Source: an uncultured delta proteobacterium
GTDB taxonomy: Bacteria; Desulfobacterota; Desulfuromonadia; Desulfuromonadales; JACZKF01
DNA length: 64,000 bases
Assembly: GCA_963816395.1 (NCBI GenBank)
Contig: CAWFKQ010000016.1
Coordinates: 160,001-224,000, forward strand
Direction: 5' to 3'
In this document: positions 55,939 through 64,000 of the stretch, one piece after another
Position numbering within the stretch: the stretch's first letter is position 1
Layout of the letters: each line of letters begins with the position of its first letter
Program-made: the position numbers and the translations under genes
Notes under the pieces: generated by a model
The model's database searches: none
What the model saw: the letters and a program-made list of their open reading frames with translations, nothing else
Told to the model about the DNA's origin: nothing

Positions 55939-57252
55939 TCAGACAGATGGCCGGCTGAGCCGGGAGAGGAGGGCATAGCCGGAAAGGCCGGCCAGCAGGG
56001 AGGCGGCAAAGATGCCGACCTTGGCACTGGTGACCAACTCCGGCTGGACGAAAGCCAGGTTGGTGATGAAGATGGACATGGTGAAGCCGATGCCGCCGAG
56101 CAGACCGATGCCGAAAACCTGCGGCCAGCCGGCGCCCCTGGGCAGATCGCTCAGCCCCAGTCGAACCGCCAGCCAGGAGAAGACCATTATGCCGAGCGGT
56201 TTGCCGGCCAGCAGGCCGAGAAGTGTTCCCTGGGTTGCCGGATGGCTGAAGGCGGCGGCCAGCTCGCCTGGACTGAGGGAGACGCCGGCATTGGCCAGGG
56301 CAAAAACCGGCATCACGCCATAGATCACCCAGTCGTTCATGACGTGTTCCATCCGCTGCAGCGGGCTCATGGCGTCATGGCAGATACTTTCCATGGCCAG
56401 CAGAGTCCCCAGCTTCTCTTCATGCTGGAACGGACCCTCGATGGTCTTGAGTTCCCGGTAGCGCTGCAGCAATCTCTCCGTCTTATCCAGGAAAGCCACA
56501 TGGCTGTGGCGCGGGCGAACGGGAATGGTGGCCCCGATCAGGACGCCGGCAATGGAGGCGTGGACGCCGGACTTGAGCAGGGCAAGCCACAGGCAAAAAC
56601 CGATCAGGGCATAGAAATTGGGGTGCTGTATGCCCAGGCGGTTGCCGGCTGCCAGCACAATCCAGAAACCCGCGGCGATTCCCAGGTGGGAGAGAGAGAG
56701 ATCGCCGGTGTAAAAAACGGCAATCACCAGGACGGCGCCGAGATCGTCGACAATGGCCAGGGCGGTGAGAAAGATGGCCAGGGAGCGGGGGATACGGTCT
56801 CCCAGCAGAGCGATCACCCCGAGGGCGAAAGCGATGTCGGTGGCCATCGGAATGCCCCAGCCGAGGGAAGCCGGCGGCTGTCGGTTGAGCAGGGCAAAAA
56901 GGGCGGCGGGGACGACCATGCCGCCGAGGGCGGCAGCGATCGGGAGGATCGCCTGGCGCCGGTTGGCCAGTTCGCCGGCGAGGAATTCGCGCTTGATTTC
57001 CAGGCCGACGACAAAGAAAAAGACCGCCATCAGGCCGTCATTAATCCAGAAATGCAGGCTTTCGCTGAGGCCGAAGGGGGCGAAGCCGACGGTCAGTTCC
57101 AGCTCCCAGAAATGATGATAGTGCTCGGCCGCCGGCGAGTTGGCCAGAATCAGGGCGAGAACGGCCGCCGCCAGCAGGACGATGCCGCCGGAGGCCTGGC
57201 GCTTGAAGAAATCCTCGAAGGGACGGAGCAGGGAGGCGAGCTGCAGTGGCAC
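55939..57252 (-). CDS. nhaA: Na+/H+ antiporter NhaA
   Basis: WINDGLM, GLEIKRE, ATDIAF, AIVDD and GIGFTMS. Confidence 0.95.
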   Translation of the reverse strand: MPLQLASLLRPFEDFFKRQASGGIVLLAAAVLALILANSPAAEHYHHFWELELTVGFAPFGLSESLHFWINDGLMAVFFFVVGLEIKREFLAGELANRRQAILPIAAALGGMVVPAALFALLNRQPPASLGWGIPMATDIAFALGVIALLGDRIPRSLAIFLTALAIVDDLGAVLVIAVFYTGDLSLSHLGIAAGFWIVLAAGNRLGIQHPNFYALIGFCLWLALLKSGVHASIAGVLIGATIPVRPRHSHVAFLDKTERLLQRYRELKTIEGPFQHEEKLGTLLAMESICHDAMSPLQRMEHVMNDWVIYGVMPVFALANAGVSLSPGELAAAFSHPATQGTLLGLLAGKPLGIMVFSWLAVRLGLSDLPRGAGWPQVFGIGLLGGIGFTMSIFITNLAFVQPELVTSAKVGIFAASLLAGLSGYALLSRLSRPSV

Positions 57253-57390
57253 GGGAATTCTTCCTTTTGCAGGCCGGACCGGATCGGCGGCAGATTGGGG
57301 TGCAGACTAAAAGTATAGGTCAGCAGGTAAGAGGCGCAACTGTCCGATGTTGACACGGAAGGCGAGGATTGCAGAATGGAAGGGAGGCGC

Positions 57391-58138
57391 ATGGAGCAGG
57401 AGATGACGGAACCGACTCCAGGTCAACCGCGTCCGCCGCTTCTGGTGAGCGATTACGACGGGACCCTGGCCGAGCATGGCCGGGTGGCGCCGGCCACGGT
57501 GGCCGCTCTCGCCCGGCTGCGCCGCGCCGGGGGACGGCTGGTGCTGGTGACCGGACGTCAGTTGGAGGATCTGCGGACGGTTTTTCCCCAGCTCGACCTG
57601 TTCGATTTCGCGGTGGCGGAAAACGGCGCTCTGCTCCACCAGCCGGTCGGAACGGAACACTGTCCTGCTCGCCGCACCGCCGCCGGCAACCTTTGTCCGC
57701 CGCCTGGAGCGCCTGGGCGTCGCACCGCTGTCGGTCGGCCGGGTCATCGTCGCCACCGACCTGCCCTGGCTCGAGCCGGTGCAGAGGGTCATCGATGAGC
57801 TTGGCCTGGCGTTGCGGATCATCCGCAACAAGGGGGCGGTCATGGTCCTTCCCGCTGGCGTGGATAAGGCTAGCGGGATGCGGGAGGCGTTGCGCCGGCT
57901 GGGACTCGCCCCGGCCGCGGCCCTGGGGATCGGCGATGCGGAAAACGATCTTGACTTTCTGGCGGCCTGCGGCTGGCCGGTGGCGGTTGCCGATGCCCTG
58001 CCCGCCGTGCGGGAGGCGGCCCTCCTGGTGACGGCCGCCGCGAACGGCGGCGGCGTCCGGGAAGCGGTGAGGCGCCTGCTCTCCGGCGATCTTCCCCCGC
58101 CCCGGGGAGATCATTGGCTTTACACTGGCAGGTCCTGA
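57391..58138 (+). CDS. HAD superfamily (Cof-like) hydrolase (frameshifted)
   Basis: DYDGTL, TGR, VDKASG and GDAEND. Confidence 0.85.
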
Positions 58139-58477
58139 CCCTGCCCAGCCACCCGGCCGCGAGGGGATGCGGAGAAGCCTTAAAGTCCGAATTCGCTTGA
58201 AAGAGAGAGACATCTAATTTATACAAGGACCTGGTTTCTTCCCTCGGTGATCGCGAAGACTAATCGGAAAAGGCCAAATCTTCGACCCGACATCGGTGCT
58301 TTCTCCGTAGATTCTGTCTTTTTCCAACTATATGAAATTACTCTAGTCAAGACTAGACATCGGGTCGCAGAACCACCGATGTCTGATGTAAAAAGAACAG
58401 TGATTGACTAGACTCTGGCCGAACTGTGGCGGAAGCGATCCGCCCCGCACCATCAACCTTTTTCAGGAGGAAAAAAA

Positions 58478-58762
58478 ATGAAACGTCTGCTGGTCGTCAT
58501 GCTCGTTGCCGCCTTCGCGTTTGCCGGCTCCCTGTCCGCTTTCGCCGCCGGCCCGGAAGTCATCAAGTTCCCGGCAAAAATGGGTGAAGTGACCTTCCCC
58601 CATCACCATCATCAGGAGACCCTCCGCAGCTGCAAGCCCTGCCACGAAAAGGCCCCCGGGAAAATCGAAGGGTTCGGCAAGGACTGGGCGCACAAGACCT
58701 GCAAAGGCTGCCATCAGGAAAAAGGGGTTCCCACCACCTGCAAGACCTGCCACAAGAAGTAA
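58478..58762 (+). CDS. Triheme periplasmic cytochrome c7 (PpcA family)
   Basis: Signal peptide; GEVTFPH; three CxxCH motifs; GKIEGFGKDWAH. Confidence 0.92.
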   Translation: MKRLLVVMLVAAFAFAGSLSAFAAGPEVIKFPAKMGEVTFPHHHHQETLRSCKPCHEKAPGKIEGFGKDWAHKTCKGCHQEKGVPTTCKTCHKK

Positions 58763-58784
58763 TCGGTACTTTAAAAAGCTTTCC

Positions 58785-58813
58785 AAAGGGCCGCTGGCAA
58801 CAGCGGCCCTTTT
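58785..58813 (+). terminator. Intrinsic terminator
   Basis: AAAGGGCCGCTG-GCAA-CAGCGGCCCTTTT. Confidence 0.8.
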
Positions 58814-58862
58814 GCTTGCCAGCCAGTGAAATAGTGAGGTAGCGAGATTGGGGGAAGAGATT

Positions 58863-59540
58863 TTAAGTGGGACCGCTTCCGGTCAGCTCCTGGCCGAAAG
58901 GGCAGCGGCCGAGGAGGGGGCATTCGGGGCAAAGGGGGGTCTTGCGGCAGAGGCTTTTACAGTGTTCGACAATCAGGGCGTGATATTCATTGAACAGGTC
59001 GGGATCGGCGGGGAGGTGCTCCATGAACAGCAGCCCGGATCGCCTCGTAGGATTCGTCCCCGCGCAGCAGCCGCAGGCGGGTGAAGAGGCGGCGGGTATA
59101 GGCATCGACCACGAAGGAGGGGCGGCCGCCGGCGTAGAGGAGAATGGAGTCGGCGGTCTCCGGGCCGATCCCCTTCAAGGCGAGCAGATCGCGACGGACC
59201 GCGTCCAGGTCGCCGGCGAGCATGGCAGCAAGATCGCCGCCGAAGCGGGCGAAGAGATGGGCGGTGAAGAGCTGCAGGCGTTCGGCTTTCTGGCGGAAGA
59301 ACCCGGCGGGGCGGATCAGCTTCTCCAGTTCGGCTCGCGGCAGACTGAGCAGCGGCTCCGGGGTGAGGGTGCCGGCCGCCCGCAGATGGGCAATGGCCCG
59401 CTCCACGTTGCGCCAGTTGGTGTTCTGGGTGAGTATCGCCCCGACCACCACCTCGAACGGCGTCTCCGCCGGCCACCAGTGCAGCGGGCCGTAATGGGCG
59501 GCGAGACGGTCGAAAATAGTCGGAAAGACGTGTTTTCCAT
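58863..59540 (-). CDS. Endonuclease III-like HhH-GPD protein (frameshifted)
   Basis: GAILTQNT, GIGPETAD, VDAY and CKSLCRKTPLCPEC Fe-S motif. Confidence 0.85.
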
Positions 59541-59659
59541 TGCTTGCCTTTCGAGCGCGCCCTGATCGCGGCCGCGTCCGATCCGTCAAATCTTTTGGAT
59601 GCGTGACCGATCGAATCTGTCCGACGCGGCCGAGCAACTGGCTCTACGAATCATCAGCC

Positions 59660-60736
59660 TTAGGCCAGTTCCGCCAGCCGGTCCGCCACCACCTCATCGC
59701 CGTTCGCCGGCAGGCTCTCCGCGGGTTTGGGCTGGGCCAGGAGCGCCTCCAGGTCCAGGCCGAAAGCTCCCCGCCGCAACCGGTCGTTGGCGATCTCCCG
59801 CGCCCGGGTATAGCGGTGCAGGGCGGCCACCAGAAGTGGCTGCTCGCGGAAATTGCCGCGCGGGGTATAAAGAACCGGCCGTCGGTTGGCAATGGCTTCC
59901 GAGACGATGCCATAGCCCGGCTTGGTGACCACCACATCAGCGGCGCGCACCAGGTCGGGATAGTGAAAGCCCCCGGCCGGAATGCCCCGCAGGTTCTGCG
60001 CCGTCCCAACCAGTTCCGGTTCCCCCAGAAAAACCCAGCCGTCCAGCCGCGCCAGGGCACTGAAATCGAACTCCTGCAGGCCGAAGCCGCCGAAGGAGAG
60101 CAGCGCGGTCCGGATCCCCGCCAGGTATTTCCAGCCGGCGCCGGACTTCGGCCGGAGGGAGGACCGCCCGTCGGGCTACCAGCGGCGTATCCTCGATCCG
60201 CCGGAAGGCGGGAAATTCGCCGTGAAACGGCAGCCGCAGCAGCAGGTCGGCGCAGCGGTAATCCTCCCGCATGGAGGCCAGCACGTCATCGTAGCCGGGA
60301 TGGCCGGCGGCCAGCCCTTCGTAGATCCAGTCCCAGGAGAAATTGGAGATCCCCACGGACGGAATGCCGGCCGCCCGGGCGGCGGCGAAAGCGGCGGGGG
60401 GGATATCCGCCGCCACCAGGGTAATTCCGTCCCGGGACAGACTGGCGGTCTCCTCCGCAACACGGCGGGCGCGCTCGGGAAGAAATCCCGATAGGCGCGC
60501 AGCGTTTCCTCTTCCTGTAGAAGCAGGCTGTCGCGCTGCAGGACGCCGAAATCGAGGCGGGCCCTGCGCACCGGCACCGAAGGATCGAGAAAGCCCTGGA
60601 AGAACCAGGGGTGGGCATCGGAGACGACCTCCACCGCCACCTGCGGATGGCGCCGGCGCAGGGTATTGATGATCTGGCAGGAGCGGCTGGCATGCCCCAG
60701 GCCGTGGCCGGTGATGTAGTAGCGGATTTTCTTCAT
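59660..60736 (-). CDS. GT-B fold glycosyltransferase-like protein (frameshifted)
   Basis: ITGHGLGHASR, SNFSWDWIY and TKPGYGIVSEA. Confidence 0.7.
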
Positions 60737-61037
60737 GGCGCAGCATTCATATCATAGCCGGACACCGCGGGCAACCGGAGTGAGCGAAACCGCTATCGAC
60801 AAGGCATTACTCACGCGAAGCCGCAAAGAGCGCGAAAGATAACAGGATTTGCATTTTTCGTTCGTCTTCGCGTCTGCGCGTGAAAAATCTCTTTTTTCAG
60901 CTTCGGGACATCGGAGCGAGGCGGATGAAGCTTTTTTTCTTCATGAGTGGAAGTCTTCGGAATCCTTGCTATTCTTTCACCTTGCTACGCCAATCGACGG
61001 CCGGCCCGCGTCCGGCTCGAACCCAAGGAGGTAAAGG

Positions 61038-62679
61038 ATGGAAGAGATGTTCTGTTACCAGTGTGAACAAGCCGCCCAGGGAACGGGCTGCACAAAGATC
61101 GGCGTCTGCGGCAAGCAGCCGGATGTCGCTGCACTGCAGGATCTGATCGTCTGGGGGCTCAAGGGGATGGGCTTCTGGGCCGATCAGGCCCGGCAGAAAG
61201 GGGCGATCGACCGCGACATCGACGCCCATATGGTCGAGGGGCTTTTCACCACCGTCACCAACGTCAACTTCGACCCGGACAAGCTGGCCGAGGTCGCCCG
61301 CAAGACGTCGCGGATGCGGGACCAGGCGCAGCAGCTGTTCGAAAAGGCCAACGGCGGCCCGTTCCAGGGGGAGGTTCCGGAGGCGGCCCGGCCGTGGTCG
61401 GCGAGCCGGTTCCACCGCCGATCTGGTCGCCGAAGGGCGCAAACACCCGGTGCCGGATCCGTCCGTCGATCCCGACGTGAAATCGGTTATGGAACTGCTC
61501 GTCTACGGCTGCAAGGGGATGGCCGCCTACGCCTACCACGCCAACCACCTGGGGCACAGCGATCCCGAGATCTTCGGTTTCATCCACAAGGCGATGGCCG
61601 CCACCCTCGACCGGAACAAGGGGCTGATGGACTTCGTCAATCTCTGCATGGAATGCGGTACGGTCAATCTCAAGACGCAGCAGGCGCTGTACGAGGGGCA
61701 TGCCGAGCACTACGGGCATCCGCAGCCGACGAAGGTAAATATCGGCAACCGCGGCGGCAAGGCGATCATCGTCTCCGGGCATGACCTGATGATGCTCGAG
61801 GCGCTGCTGAAGCAGACCGAGGGGAAGGGGATCAGCGTCTACACCCACGTGGAGATGCTCCCCGCCCACGGCTATCCCGAGCTGAAAAAATACGCGCATC
61901 TCGCCGGCAACTACGGCGGCGGCTGGCAGGATCAGTACAAGGAATTCTCCCGCTTCCCCGGCGCCATCATCTTCAACACCAACTGCATCCAGCGCCCGGC
62001 CGAAGTCTACAAGGACCGCCTCTTCACCTGGGGGCTGGTGCAGTGGCCGGGGGTGAAGCACATCGAGGGGATGGATTTCTCGCCGGTGATCGAGGCGGCG
62101 CTGGCGGCGGACAGCTGGGACGACAATCCGCAGAAGGAGATCCTCACCGGCTGCGGCCACCACGCCATCATCGGCATGGCCGACAAGGTGATCGAGGCGG
62201 TCAAGAGCGGCCAGATCCGCCGCTTCTATGTCATCGGCGGCTGCGATGGCGCCAAGCCCGGGCGCAATTATTACACCCGCATGGCCGAGCAACTGCCGAA
62301 GGATACCGTGATTCTCACCCTCGCCTGCGGCAAGTACCGCTTCAACAAGCTTGACCTCGGGGATATCGGCGGCATCCCGCGCCTGCTCGACGTCGGCCAG
62401 TGCAACGACACCTACTCGGCGGTGCAGGTGGCTCTCGCCCTGGCCAATGCCTTCAACTGCGGGGTGAACGATCTGCCGCTGTCGGTGATCCTCTCCTGGT
62501 ACGAGCAGAAGGCGATCGTCTGTCTGCTCAGCCTGCTCTCCCTGGGCATGCTGAATATCCGCATCGGGCCGTCGCTGCCGGCCTTCGTCACCCCCAACGT
62601 GCTCAACTTCCTGGTCGAGAAGTTCAAGGTGGCGCCGATCGGCACGGTGGAGGAGGATATCCGGGCGACGCTGGGCTGA
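61038..62679 (+). CDS. hcp: Hybrid cluster protein/hydroxylamine reductase (frameshift near 61410)
   Basis: MFCYQCEQ...CTKIGVCGK, SGHDL, GGCDG, GQCND and SWYEQKA. Confidence 0.95.
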
Positions 62680-62810
62680 GAAAAGCCCGCAAAGGACGAA
62701 AAAAGCGCAGGGGAGAGAAAATCCTCTGCGCTTTTCTGTCTGGAAATCGAGTTAAGAAAGGGTGCTGGGATGCGGTCCGACTTGGCCACCGCGTGGTTCC
62801 GGGCCTTCTG

Positions 62811-63854
62811 TCAATGGCTATGCCGATGGTGTATATCGGGCCAGTGGACGTGGACATGCTCTATGGGTTCATGCACATGGTAATGGTCATGGTTCCCTTC
62901 GTTTTCGGCGTCCTCGTGACGATGGAGGTGGTGCTCGTCATGCGCATGTTGATGGGCATGGGCCAGCCGTTCGTGCCGGTGGACGTGCAGATGCCTTTCT
63001 CCATAAAGGAAAAACATCCCGGAGAGCATGAGGACGGCAGCCATCCAAAACGTCCCGGGGGGCTGTTCGCCAAGAACGATGACCGAAAGGCTGGCGCCGA
63101 TGAAGGGTCCTGATGCGAACCAAGTGCTGGTTCTTGCCGACCCGATTTCCCTCAGTGCCTGAATGAAAAGGACCAGGCTTGCCCCATAGCTGAGCGCGCC
63201 GATTGCGAGAGATCCCGAGACTTGAAAGGGTGTCGCCTGGCTCTTGAACAGGGCAAGGGAGAGAAAGACGTTGAAAAGCCCGGCACTCCATCCCTTCAGG
63301 CATGCCAGCAAGGTGGGAGAAAGGGTCTCCAGCTCCCGGGTCAGGTTATTGTCGACGCCCCACAGGAAGCAGGCAGCAAGCACGCAAAGACCCGGGATCG
63401 ACAGTGGGACATCGCCGCTGCCGGTAAGGACGACGAGGAGCGAGGCTCCGACGATGAAGAGCTTGCCGATCCAGACCCTCTGTCCGATGTGCTCACGAAA
63501 GATCAGCCACGCCAGCAGAGTGGTTGCGACGGCTTCGAAATTGAGCAGCAGTGACACCTCAGTGGCTGTCCCATAGCGGATGCCATACGCCAGGAAGAGC
63601 GGTGCGGCCACTCCTCCGGACAGGATCGCCCCGGCAAGATTGCCCCATTGCCGCCAGGAAAGGGCAGCCAGGATTTTGCCGACATCAAGACGTTGGCGGT
63701 AGACCAACCCTGTCAGGCCCAGGCCCGATCCCAGATACAGAAGGCCGGCGAGAAGCGATGGTGACATCTGCCCCACAATAGCCTTGCAGGCGACTGGGGA
63801 CAGGCCAAACAGGAAGGCGGAGAGTATCGCCGAATGGAGACCCTTTTTCTTCAT
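62811..63854 (-). CDS. EamA/DMT transporter with His-rich C-terminal tail
   Basis: About 10 TM segments; tail HLHVHRHERLAHAHQHAHDEHH...HWPDIHHRHSH. Confidence 0.85.
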   Translation of the reverse strand: MKKKGLHSAILSAFLFGLSPVACKAIVGQMSPSLLAGLLYLGSGLGLTGLVYRQRLDVGKILAALSWRQWGNLAGAILSGGVAAPLFLAYGIRYGTATEVSLLLNFEAVATTLLAWLIFREHIGQRVWIGKLFIVGASLLVVLTGSGDVPLSIPGLCVLAACFLWGVDNNLTRELETLSPTLLACLKGWSAGLFNVFLSLALFKSQATPFQVSGSLAIGALSYGASLVLFIQALREIGSARTSTWFASGPFIGASLSVIVLGEQPPGTFWMAAVLMLSGMFFLYGERHLHVHRHERLAHAHQHAHDEHHLHRHEDAENEGNHDHYHVHEPIEHVHVHWPDIHHRHSH

Positions 63855-63916
63855 TTCACCTGGTTCTCAGTTGTCGGCGTTGTTTTGCAACCAATGGAAT
63901 TCGCCGGCTTGGGCAG

Positions 63917-64000
63917 TCATTTCAACAAAGTGTGGTCCATAAGGATCTTCAGGCCGATGCCGCACAGCACCAGGCCACCGAAGACTTCGACCCGCTTTCC
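63917..64000 (-). CDS. mntP: Manganese efflux pump MntP, C-terminal part
   Basis: Manual translation GKRVEVFGGLVLCGIGLKILMDHTLLK*. Confidence 0.6.
   Translation of the reverse strand, partial: GKRVEVFGGLVLCGIGLKILMDHTLLK

Overview
GC-rich bacterial DNA, most likely from a Desulfuromonadales (Desulfuromonas/Geobacter-like) organism. This is inferred from a triheme PpcA-type cytochrome c7, an HgtR-like repressor, a heme-c MCP and hcp. Many genes carry single-base frameshifts, including housekeeping aroC, which points to uncorrected long-read indels rather than real pseudogenes. The left part (1-23 kb) is an accessory patchwork: MarR-Bcr/CflA efflux, a PIG-L/methyltransferase fusion, a secreted hydrolase cluster, three SnoaL-like genes, a GCS2/M14-peptidase pair, a DUF3524 glycosyltransferase and a complete endonuclease-less group II intron (17841-19752). 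It also holds a cluster of REP-like palindromes and RAYT-like transposase end remnants that flank small cargo genes. From 23.1 to 36.0 kb, downstream of tRNA-Pro(CGG), lies a co-oriented minus-strand defence locus: mrr, HTH-hsdM, hsdS, an unannotated DisA_N/diadenylate-cyclase-like gene, an RqlH-like RecQ-PRTase, an RqlI-like DprA, and hsdR. The DAC-like gene plus RqlHI nested inside a type I R-M operon is the best candidate for an undescribed system. The right part (36-64 kb) is mostly core-like: PAS/GAF kinase, an ECF sigma/anti-sigma locus with twin divergent promoters, aroC, a flavoprotein-MFS-LysR unit, MCP, entericidin, lspA, ileS, nhaA, cytochrome c7, endonuclease III-like, hcp, a His-tailed EamA and the 3' end of mntP.
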